Part shown: piece by piece, positions 55,906 through 64,000 of the stretch
How positions within the stretch are numbered: position 1 is the first letter of the stretch
Layout of the letters: the number at the start of each line of letters is the position of its first letter
Assembly (NCBI GenBank): GCA_963825315.1
Contig: CAWGST010000001.1
Coordinates: 270,556 to 334,555, forward strand
Direction: 5' to 3'
DNA from: an uncultured Verrucomicrobiae bacterium
Lineage (GTDB): Bacteria > Verrucomicrobiota > Verrucomicrobiia > Limisphaerales > Palsa-1400
DNA: 64,000 bases
Program-made: the position numbers and the translations under genes
Notes under the pieces: generated by a model
Seen by the model: the letters and a program-made list of their open reading frames with translations, nothing else
Told to the model about the DNA's origin: nothing
Database searches by the model: none

Positions 55906-56634
55906 TTACCTGGCGGATATAGCCGATCCCGGCGCGTTGTGCTTTAACGCGAGATCACCCACGATTGCGGCAGCGTGGGGCAGTGTCACCCAGTCCGTAT
56001 TGATGACCAAATGATACTGTAGTGGATCGTCAATGTCTTTGCCGAAGTACCGTTTCAGATAGCGGCGCCGGCCTCCATCTTCCCGCTCGATGCGCGCCAG
56101 CGCATCCTTCTCATTCAACTTGTCGAAGACCTGCATGTGGGCGACGCACCGTTCCACCGAACCGACCAGGCGCACGTGCAAGGCCCACGGCAACCGCGCG
56201 GTAATGATATTGGCGCCGCGTCCCAGAATAATCACATTGCCCAATTCGGCCAGGCGCAAAATGGTTTCCGATGTCTGCCGCACCAATGTCTCCGTTGGCG
56301 GATGCAGGCTGAACAAATCCTCGATTATATCGTGCATTTGCGAAACCCGGTCCTCCGGCATGAAAGCCGCCAGACGGGAGGGCAAGTGATGGTCCTGCAA
56401 AACCGCTTCCATCAGAGTGCGGTCAAAAATCGTCCACGGTACTGCGCTATGGGGAAGGTGGGACTGGAGCCAGGCCGCCAATGCTTCGGCAAAAACATGG
56501 GCGCCACATCCCGATTGCCGGGAAACGGTGACACATTTGACAAAGCCAGCGTCGCCGACGCGAGATGGTTTTGGCGCCTGCAATTGACAATTGATGAAGG
56601 AAAAACAGCGATCAAGGCCAAAGTTCGTGTTCAT
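55906..56634 (-). CDS. Cytidylate-kinase-like family protein (P-loop NTPase-like)
   Basis: 242 aa. VTVSRQSGCGAH is a degenerate P-loop, and ILGRGANII...HVRLVGSVERCVAHM...RRRYLKRYFGKDIDDPLQYHLVINTD is typical of this family as I recall it. Confidence 0.65.
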   Translation of the reverse strand: MNTNFGLDRCFSFINCQLQAPKPSRVGDAGFVKCVTVSRQSGCGAHVFAEALAAWLQSHLPHSAVPWTIFDRTLMEAVLQDHHLPSRLAAFMPEDRVSQMHDIIEDLFSLHPPTETLVRQTSETILRLAELGNVIILGRGANIITARLPWALHVRLVGSVERCVAHMQVFDKLNEKDALARIEREDGGRRRYLKRYFGKDIDDPLQYHLVINTDWVTLPHAAAIVGDLALKHNAPGSAISAR

Positions 56635-57212
56635 AAGTCACCTCGAGATTCCGGTTCTGATGAGAACGCCCATTTGTATGCCGGATGTTTGTTCTCATAT
56701 AGTAATTTACTCGAAGCCCGCTGAAAAACAATCCCGGATTTTGGAAAAGTGCAGGACAGAATTTTTCGCGGGGGGGATGGTTCCAGTGGTTGCAGAGCGA
56801 CGGCGGAAATTAGCCAGACACGGAGTGTCTGGCGAACGCCGCGCAATGATTTCGTCCTGCCGCCGTCGCGCCGTAGCGGCGCTTTGGCGCGCCGCGAAGG
56901 CGGAAAGGGACGAAGGGCCTTTCGCCAGACGCCTGGCGGGCGGGGCGATAAATTTGGCCTTTTTTCGCCCAAAACCGCCCAAAATCCAAAGAATTATCCG
57001 CTTTTCCAAAAACTTATCCGTTGCGCAAACCGCGCCATTCGTGATGAAATAGAACGTATGTTAACCAACACGCCAAGCCAGTTGGCGCGAGCAGTTTGCC
57101 GCGGGCGAGTCCTGCGGCGCATGGGGAGATTGCGCGTGTTGCCCCCCGCCTCAGACAAACAGCAGTCAATATGCATCGAAACCAACCATTAGATAATTAA
57201 GGAGATCATATT

Positions 57213-58253
57213 ATGAAGAAGCTCAACACCATGATCGAAGACGGACTCTTAACCCCCCTGTCGGACCCCGTTCCCCGTGGCCGCCAAAGGCAATTCCCTA
57301 TCAGCGTTATTGTCGCGTGCTGCGCCGCGCTGTTCCTCCGGCCGGCCGCCTCTCTCGCCATCGGGGACAGCATGTCCCGAAGTGGTCCGACGGTAGCCAG
57401 CATTGTCTTTACAGCAACGCCTGTTAACCATGGAGGAGTTTCCGCAAGCGGCGCATTCACTCAAATTTACGCCGCTTCGGAGGTGAACACGACAATTGAT
57501 GATAACGACGCGGTGCCGCCAGCAGCGCCCTACGTTGCGGCCGGCTCCTACGCAACAACGCAGACGAGTGTCACTGGCGTCAAGTTCATCCCGGAATCCA
57601 AGGTAGCGGCTAACATCACTATTATGAACGCTGGACCGCCGGTTAAATTAGGCTGGAACACGGTGGCCGCTGCCTATGGAATTGACGTAACAGGACCAAC
57701 CGGGGGAACTCGCGAAACGGCATATGCGCATTGGCATGTGCTCGACCCGTTGTCCGTTTCGGGTCTGGCGGCAGGGGACACCATCGGCGTGGCTTTTTCA
57801 CCGGCCAGCGGCATGGGCATGATCTTCCCTGATGCGAACCCGAATGCCAGTTACTCATCCACCTTCTCGGCCTCTGCGCAGACTGACGTCCCCGGCCTCT
57901 CATCACTCTTTTCGCTGTCAATCCAAATGAGCAGCGCCACACCAGGTAACGTGGGGGTCAGCTTCACCAGCAACCCCCTCCTCGGCCTGAACGATGCCGC
58001 GATCACATCCGAGCTGGTCAGTGGATTCCAATATGACAGTACGACCGGAGACTACTCGTTCGATCCCACCGGCCAGGAAATAGACGCCACCATGACAGTC
58101 CCCGCGGGCGTCTCCGTAGTCAACGTCACCTCCGGCATGGGGGACGAACTTGACGCCTCCGTCGTCCCCGAACCCTCCACCGTTGCCCTGCTCGGCATCG
58201 GTGCAGTCAGTCTGCTGGCCCGCGAGTGGCGGCGGCGAACGGCAAAATCGTAA
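57213..58253 (+). CDS. PEP-CTERM sorting-domain secreted protein
   Basis: The C-terminus VVPEPSTVALLGIGAVSLLAREWRRRTAKS is PEP, then a TM segment, then a basic tail. AAGGAG lies upstream of the ATG. The N-terminus has a hydrophobic signal-like segment. Confidence 0.8.
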   Translation: MKKLNTMIEDGLLTPLSDPVPRGRQRQFPISVIVACCAALFLRPAASLAIGDSMSRSGPTVASIVFTATPVNHGGVSASGAFTQIYAASEVNTTIDDNDAVPPAAPYVAAGSYATTQTSVTGVKFIPESKVAANITIMNAGPPVKLGWNTVAAAYGIDVTGPTGGTRETAYAHWHVLDPLSVSGLAAGDTIGVAFSPASGMGMIFPDANPNASYSSTFSASAQTDVPGLSSLFSLSIQMSSATPGNVGVSFTSNPLLGLNDAAITSELVSGFQYDSTTGDYSFDPTGQEIDATMTVPAGVSVVNVTSGMGDELDASVVPEPSTVALLGIGAVSLLAREWRRRTAKS

Positions 58254-58331
58254 AGCGGTCTAAAGTAGTCGATTCTAACATAAACTGGCCGGTTCTAACA
58301 ATTGACAATCCTTGTCGGCCTGGTTGGTTTT

Positions 58332-59399
58332 CTAAAGGGGTCGTGTGCTGGAATTGGCCGCTTGAAAGTCCTCTTTCTCCCTTTCCCCCATAAATTCGCG
58401 AATCAATTTTTCGAGGAAATCCAGCCACAGCGGATGCTCATTCAAGCAAGGAACCAGGTGAAAGTCCGTGCCACCGGCGTCCAGGAAGATTTTCCGGCCG
58501 CGCATCCCCATTTCTTCCAGGGTTTCCAGGCAGTCCGACACGAAGGAGGGGCAGATGACCAGCAGCTTCCTGGTCCCGGCCCTGGCCAATCCTTCAATGA
58601 CCCAATCCGTATAGGGTTTGAGCCACGGCTCGCGTCCCAATCGGGATTGAAAGGCGACCGAATACTTGGATTTTGGAATCGAGGCCATCCGCACAAAGGC
58701 TTCCACCGTTTTGAAACATTGCGCGCGATAGCAGGTGCTCAGGACAGGACTGTCGCCCTCGCAGCAATCCCGCGACCTCAGGCAATGGCGGCCCGTCGGA
58801 TCGGCCTTGCGCAAATGTCTCTCGGGTATGCCGTGAAAACTGAACAGCAAATGGTCGTAGTCTCGATTGAGATACTCGGACGCTGTTGCCGTCATGGCCC
58901 GGATGTAATCCGGATGATCGTAGTACGGCGGCACGACCGTGAGCGACAGGCGCGGCGCGACTTCAGCCATGACTTCCCGCACCCGCTCGACGGCCGTTTC
59001 ATAACTGGACATGGCGTAGTGCGGAAAAAGCGGGATGAGCAGCACCTCGTGGATGCCTTCGTCGCGCAACTTGCCGATGGCATCCGGGATGGACGGATTG
59101 CGATAACGCATCGCCAGTTCCACCCTCACGCTGGCGCGCTCTTGCAGCGCCTTTCGCACCTTCCGGCTGGTCGCCACCAGGGGCGAGCCTTCGGGCGTCC
59201 AGATTTTCTCGTAGGCCTCAGCCGATAGCGCCGGGCGCCTGGGCAAAATGGTGAGATGAACGATGCACCAGCGCACGGGATACGGCGCATCCAGAACACG
59301 GCCATCCATGAGAAATTCACCCAGATAGGTCCGCACATCTTCGACCGACGCGGAATCAGGCGACCCCAGATTCACCAGAAGAACAGCTTTCGTGCTCAC
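58332..59399 (-). CDS. hemH: Ferrochelatase
   Basis: 355 aa. LLVNLGSPDS...VRTYLGEFLMDGRVLD and C-terminal motifs are typical of HemH. The GTG start overlaps the stop of the hemY C-terminal frame (GTGA). Confidence 0.9.
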   Translation of the reverse strand: MSTKAVLLVNLGSPDSASVEDVRTYLGEFLMDGRVLDAPYPVRWCIVHLTILPRRPALSAEAYEKIWTPEGSPLVATSRKVRKALQERASVRVELAMRYRNPSIPDAIGKLRDEGIHEVLLIPLFPHYAMSSYETAVERVREVMAEVAPRLSLTVVPPYYDHPDYIRAMTATASEYLNRDYDHLLFSFHGIPERHLRKADPTGRHCLRSRDCCEGDSPVLSTCYRAQCFKTVEAFVRMASIPKSKYSVAFQSRLGREPWLKPYTDWVIEGLARAGTRKLLVICPSFVSDCLETLEEMGMRGRKIFLDAGGTDFHLVPCLNEHPLWLDFLEKLIREFMGEREKEDFQAANSSTRPL

Positions 59400-60806
59400 G
59401 CGGAAACGGGGTGTTGCAGGGTGTTGCGGCGACCTTGCTCCAAGCTCAAAAATGTCTCGATTCTCCCCGCCACCTTGTGGCCGGAGACAATGGAATCACC
59501 CAGCGAAACTCCGTCGCGGGCGTGTCCGGCCACAAACAGGCCCGGCGCCTTCGCTTCCATGTCATTCATCAACTGCGCGGAATTTTCCGAAGCCCAGATT
59601 GTATTGTGGAATGGCCTGGCGATAAACGGCGACGTGCTGAAATGTTGGCCGGCCCCGGACTCCCAATATCGTTCCCAAGTCTTTGACTGCGATTTCTGTC
59701 AACACTTCCGGCGTGCCCAGGGGCAGGAGCGGTTGGCGCGCGCCGCCGATGTAACAGGTAATGGCCACTTCGCCTTCCGGGGCGCGATTGGGAAAGAGCG
59801 ACGACGAGAAGAGCGCGCCCAGGATGTTAAACCCTTCCTTTTCCGGAATCAGCATGCCAAATCCATCCAGCGGATGCGCCACATCGGCGCGGCGAAAGCC
59901 CAGCACGACCGAGGCCACGGGCGGATAATAGACTTCGGCCAACGACGAAACCTCGAGCGCTGGAGTGGTGATGATCTCCAGGGAAGCCATTTTGTGGCTC
60001 GGCAGGGCGAGGAGAACCGCGCCGCACTCCACCGGGCCGCCGTGTTCCAATTCGATCCACCAGCCCTCCTCCATGCGCCGCAAACAACGAATGGGCGCGG
60101 CGGTTTGAATGTCTCCCTCCAGACGGGATTGCAGCGCATCAATCAGCACCTGCAAGCCGTCATCGAACGAAAACTTCTTCGCGTCCTGTTTGGAAACCTC
60201 CCCGCTGCGTTTGCGCGCGCGCGCCCCCAGAATTTGCCCCAAAAAGAGCGAACGATAGCGTTGCTCCAGCGCGTGGAGTTTCGGAAAGGCCTGCGACACG
60301 GAAAGCAGTTGCGGCCTGCCGGCGTAAATCCCGGCCACCAAGGGATCAATGGCGTAGTCAAGAAATTCCTGGCCGAGCCGCCGCTGCACGAATTGGGCAA
60401 CCGACTCTTCCAAACCGTCCGGCGCCCTCCCGATGAACGGCTCGGCCAAAACGCGCAGCTTGGCCGGGAGCGAAAACAGGGGCGTCGTCAGAAAACCTCC
60501 CGCGGAATTTGGAATGACCACCGGCTTTTTGTTCCGCACCACGTAGCGCTTTTCCGCCGATGCATTGGAATAAACCCGCCGCGATTCCAACCCCAACTCG
60601 CGCACCACATCGGATATGACCGGCGATGTCTCCAGGATGCTGTTGGGACCAAATTCGGCCAGATACCCGTCGCGGCGCGCGGATTGGATCACGCCGCCCA
60701 CGCGATCGGCGGCTTCAAACAGGCGCACGGGGATGTCGCGCTGCTTGAGACAGAAGGCGGTGGTCAGCCCGGTAATGCCGCCTCCGACGATGGCAACAGG
60801 TTTCAT
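59396..60806 (-). pseudogene. hemY: Protoporphyrinogen/coproporphyrinogen oxidase (HemY family), reading frame broken near 59565-59580
   Basis: ORF 59562..60806 has VAIVGGGITGLT (FAD fold) and ends prematurely at ...IPQYNLGFGKFRAVDE*. The conserved C-terminus (LMNDMEAKAPGLFVAGHARDGVSLGDSIVSGHKVAGRI...) is in another frame and terminates at 59396. At 57-58 codons, that piece falls below the ORF-track length cut-off. Confidence 0.75.
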
Positions 60807-62176
60807 ATCGTTTTGGAAAAGCGTCGTTCCTTGGCCGCCGGAAGATACCGATCAAAGCGCATGGCAATGTTGCGGATGAAAAGCCGGCCCGCGTCGCTGA
60901 CCACCAGGCCGTTGGCCTCGCGCCGCAACAGGCCGTCCTTTTCAAGGTCCGTCATGGAATCCAGTTCGGCCTTAAAATAGCGGGCAAAGTCCATCCCCAG
61001 GTCCTGTGAAAGTCCGGCGTAGTCCAGACTCATGTCGCACATCAGCCGCATGATCGTATGGCGGCGAATCTTGTCGTCCCCGCTCAAAACGTAGCCTTTG
61101 GCAAACGGCTCCCCGCCGGATTCCAGGGCCTCGTAGTATCCGGCCAAATCCTTGATGTTTTGCCAATAGACCCCGTCGGCCTGCGAAATGGCCGACATCC
61201 CGAAACCATAAATGTCCGCCCCGCCTTTGGTGCTGTATCCCTGGAAATTTCGCTGCAATGTTTTCTGGCGTTGCGCCACCGCCAGTTCATCCGTCGGCCG
61301 CGCGAAGTGATCCATGCCGATGTAGGTGTAGCGGTCGTTTTGTGTCAGCTTCTCGATGACGAGTTTTAAAATGCTCAGCTTGGTTTCCGCGCTGGGCAAG
61401 GCCTGCTCCAGTATCTTTTGCGCCGGCTTCATCCACGGCACGTGCGCATAACTGAAAACCGCCAGCCGGTCGGGCCCAAGCTTTATGATTTCGTCCAGTG
61501 TTTCCTCGAAGGATTCGACCGTCTGGTAAGGCAAACCGTATATCAAATCCAGGTTGATGGATTGAAAACCCGCGGCCCGCGCCCACTCCATGGCTTGCTC
61601 GGTTTGCTCGCGCGGCTGTATCCGATGCATGGCCGTTTGCACCGTCAGATTGAAATCCTGCACGCCAATCGAAGCCCGGTTGAATCCCACCTCCCGCAAG
61701 GCGGCGAAGTGATCGCGCGTCAGCCGGCGCGGATCAATCTCCACTCCCGCTTCCATCCCGGGCCCCAGATTGAAATGCTTGCGGATGGACTGGCCCAGAA
61801 CGCGAATTTCATCGGGCGACAGAAACGTCGGCGTGCCGCCGCCCCAATGCAATTGCACCACCTGGCGCTGCGGATTGATGCGGGCGCTCATCCGTTCCAT
61901 TTCCCTGTCCAGGTATTGCAGGTAGATCGCTCCTTTTTCCCGTTGCGTCGTGATGACGGTCGTGCAGCCGCAATACCAGCAGAGCGACTCGCAAAACGGA
62001 ATGTGGAAATAGAGGGAGAGGCCGCGCCCGGACGACTGCGCCTGGGAAATCTTCGCCGCCACCTCCGGCCAGGTCACTTGATCGGTAAACTGCGGGGCGG
62101 GTGGATAGGAGGTGTAACGCGGCCCCGGCACGTTGTACTTTTCAATCAACTCGAGATCAACGTTCAGTTCGCTCAT
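60803..62176 (-). CDS. hemN: Oxygen-independent coproporphyrinogen III oxidase (radical SAM)
   Basis: 457 aa. LSLYFHIPFCESLCWYCGC radical-SAM motif and PRYTSYPP N-terminus. It has ATGA overlaps with both neighbours. Confidence 0.9.
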   Translation of the reverse strand: MSELNVDLELIEKYNVPGPRYTSYPPAPQFTDQVTWPEVAAKISQAQSSGRGLSLYFHIPFCESLCWYCGCTTVITTQREKGAIYLQYLDREMERMSARINPQRQVVQLHWGGGTPTFLSPDEIRVLGQSIRKHFNLGPGMEAGVEIDPRRLTRDHFAALREVGFNRASIGVQDFNLTVQTAMHRIQPREQTEQAMEWARAAGFQSINLDLIYGLPYQTVESFEETLDEIIKLGPDRLAVFSYAHVPWMKPAQKILEQALPSAETKLSILKLVIEKLTQNDRYTYIGMDHFARPTDELAVAQRQKTLQRNFQGYSTKGGADIYGFGMSAISQADGVYWQNIKDLAGYYEALESGGEPFAKGYVLSGDDKIRRHTIMRLMCDMSLDYAGLSQDLGMDFARYFKAELDSMTDLEKDGLLRREANGLVVSDAGRLFIRNIAMRFDRYLPAAKERRFSKTI

Positions 62177-63274
62177 ACGAAGTTTTGCACGGTGCTGACC
62201 AGTGCTTCGAGGTTTTCCATTTTGGCGTCGGGCGGCACGCCGTGGCCGAGATTGAATATGTATCCGTCCCGACCGCGCATCAATTCGAGCAGGCGGCTGG
62301 TTTGCGCCGCCACCAGCCGCGGTTCCGCGCTGGCCAGCAGTTCGGGAGCCAGATTGCCCTGCATGGCGACGCGCGCGGGCAGTTGTTGCTTCGCCTCGGC
62401 CAGGTCAATTTCGTGATCTATTCCAATGGCTTGCGCCCCAGTCTGGATCAGTGATTTCCAACTGCGGGCGCCTTTGGAATAAACAATCACCGGAACCTGT
62501 CCATTGAGGGCGGAAACAATCGTTCGCATCCACTGGCCCGAAGCCTCCTCGAAATCCTCCAACGGCAACAGCCCGCCCAGGCTGTCAAATATCTGGATCG
62601 CATCCACGCCGGCCGTGATTTGCATCTGTAGAAATTCGATCACCGCCAGCGTCAATTCCTCTGACAGCGAATCAAACAGCGCCCGGTCGCGTCGAAACAG
62701 TTGCAAAGCTCTGGTCTGGGCGCGCGCGCTGCCGCCTTCGAGCATGAAGTTGGCCAGCGTCCAGGGTGAACCGGCAAAGCCCAGCAACGCCGTGCCGGGG
62801 CCCAGCTCCGATTTGACACACCGGATTGCCCCGGCCACGTATTGCAGGCGATCAGCTGATTGCCCGGGTATTGAGCCGTCGAACATCATTGCGGTCCCGC
62901 ACCACGTAATCCATTTCGACCCCTCCACCGTCACGGAAGTTGAAGCCCTGGCCCAACGCTTCCGGCACCACAAGAATGTCACTAAAAAGAATGGCGGCGT
63001 CGAAATGAAACCGCCGCACCGGTTGCAACGTCACTTCCGCGGCCAGTTCCGGGATTTGGATCAGTTGACGGAAGGAGTATTTCTCCTTGAGCGCGCGGTA
63101 CTCTGGAAGGCAACGCCCGGCCTGGCGCATCAGCCAGACTGGCGGACGGTCCACCGGCGAACATTCCAAGGCGCGCAGCATCCGTTGCCGGCGCGTGACT
63201 TCCGTCCCCGTCGGTTCCAAAGGCGCAACCCCACACGCCTTCCACTTTGTTTCATCCGCCAGTAAATCCTGCAT
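62173..63274 (-). pseudogene. hemE: Uroporphyrinogen decarboxylase, reading frame broken near 62861-62870
   Basis: ORF 62852..63274 has [21 protein letters not shown]...[14 protein letters not shown] and ends ...[12 protein letters not shown]. The continuation [15 protein letters not shown]...LLGFAGSPWTLANFMLEG is in another frame (ORF 62173..62982). The junction lies at the acccgggca run. The true start may be the internal ATG at 63181. Confidence 0.8.
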
Positions 63275-63413
63275 GACAACAAAGTAGAGTCTAACGCCAA
63301 ACCAAGCTTCACTTCAATTGGCAAACTATGGACATTTCTTGCGCATGGATACCGCCATTTATGGCCAGTCCCCCCGGTGGGGCAACTCCGTCGAGCCGTG
63401 ACTCTGCTTTTCA

Positions 63414-63444
63414 CTTCTTAATTCTGCCTTCTTAATTCTTACTT
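63414..63444. repeat. TTCTTAA-type AT-rich repeat block
   Basis: cttcttaattctgccttcttaattcttactt. The first 20 nt are identical to 38030-38049, and the last 16 nt are identical to 49125-49140. It overlaps the last codons of the SGNH hydrolase gene. Confidence 0.9.
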
Positions 63445-64000
63445 TTCAAAAGGGGTGCAAGCACTCTGGCAAAAATTTCCGCCTGGCGCGTGAAACCCAG
63501 GTCGGTCGCATGCGAGCCGTCCACACTGCCCTCGCCGTCGTCGCCATAGAGATGTTCGCCGGGAATGTAGTAGAGGTCTTTGACGCCGGATTTTCCCAGC
63601 CGTTCGTAGGCCGCTTTCAATGCCGCCCGATCAGGCAGATGGTAGTATTCCATGCGGCCGGAGATGAGAAAGGAATCCTGCATGGTGCGGTCTTCCACCA
63701 GCACGATCGGCGTGTTCGGATGTGCGGCGCGCAGTTTGTGGACAAAAGGTTCCACGCGCTCCTTGATTTCATCGGCGACCAGGTTGGGCAGACAGTCGAG
63801 GATGTAAATGGACGGATCCAGTTCGGCGAGCAGGCCGGCCATTTCCGGTTCCATTTTCCCATTCCCGGAAAAACCCAGATTGATGGTCGGCCAATTAAAG
63901 CGCCGTCCCAAAATGGCGCTGTGGACCATGCCGGGGCGCGAAGCGGAAAGTCCCTGCAAAATGGAGGTGCCGTAAAACACAATCGGTTTGCGCTCGCCCG
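63432..64000 (-). CDS. SGNH/GDSL-type hydrolase-family protein (N-terminus beyond window end)
   Basis: ORF 63432..63980 and its upstream extension read FYGTSILQG (block I-like), then GFSGNG, then DGSHATDLG (block V DxxH). The ORF is open to the window edge. Confidence 0.55.
   Translation of the reverse strand, partial: GERKPIVFYGTSILQGLSASRPGMVHSAILGRRFNWPTINLGFSGNGKMEPEMAGLLAELDPSIYILDCLPNLVADEIKERVEPFVHKLRAAHPNTPIVLVEDRTMQDSFLISGRMEYYHLPDRAALKAAYERLGKSGVKDLYYIPGEHLYGDDGEGSVDGSHATDLGFTRQAEIFARVLAPLLKSKN

Noticed and set aside
59256-62416. 574-aa and 332-aa plus-strand ORFs over the heme operon
   Set aside because: They are antisense to hemH/hemY/hemN, which have clear signatures. Their composition is typical of GC-rich shadow frames.

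Overview
High-G+C bacterial chromosomal window. Spot counts of single 60-nt lines give about 60-65% G+C; this was not computed globally. The gene content looks PVC/Verrucomicrobiota-like, which is an inference from a PEP-CTERM protein, an H-X9-DG prepilin-like protein, a propeller/Y_Y_Y sensor kinase and futalosine-pathway genes.

Core blocks:
- zwf, ROK glucokinase, HAD, GH15 glucoamylase, plsC and a sugar nucleotidyltransferase (1.4-8.3 kb).
- Sensor kinase, NarL-type regulator, a 1262-aa secreted CBM-like/Ig/PA14 protein and a pseudopilin-like protein (8.4-17.4 kb).
- recG, folC, sdhCAB and an HDAC-like gene.
- ubiX, ubiA-like, mqnE and mqnA (futalosine pathway).
- apbE, rhomboid, purB, a B12-radical SAM gene and an FAD monooxygenase.
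- A minus-strand hemE-hemN-hemY-hemH operon.

Accessory material:
- A RhuM gene plus an orphan HsdR tail at the left edge.
- VapBC.
- An IS701-like IS with 20-bp inverted repeats.
- A secreted calpain-like protease with an EF-hand.
- A DUF3131/GH144-like protein.
- Decayed IS200/RAYT-like remnants.
- An ~8-kb low-G+C sugar-utilisation island: a GPH symporter with a ~208-aa loop insertion, a GH35-like gene and an 1120-aa GH94-like gene. It ends at a truncated integrase stub beside tRNA-Leu(UAG).
- A degraded ParE-type TA pair and a sigma-factor stub wedged between ubiX and the ubiA-like gene.

Most striking sequence-level signals:
1. At least 7 single-nucleotide frame breaks plus 1 nonsense codon in otherwise well-conserved genes, including hemE and hemY. 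These are either assembly indels or very recent pseudogenisation.
2. Dispersed families of AT-rich 6-7-nt tandem arrays (GATTAR; ACTTCTTAATTCT...) sitting exactly at gene boundaries.
3. Six copies of CCGTAACA/TGTAACGG just 3' of the tRNA.
4. REP-like palindromic clusters (CACGGATG... and AATGAC/GTCATT).

No CRISPR array and no rRNA were seen. I did not find a clear-cut novel multi-gene defence system; the best novelty candidates are listed in the findings with their caveats.
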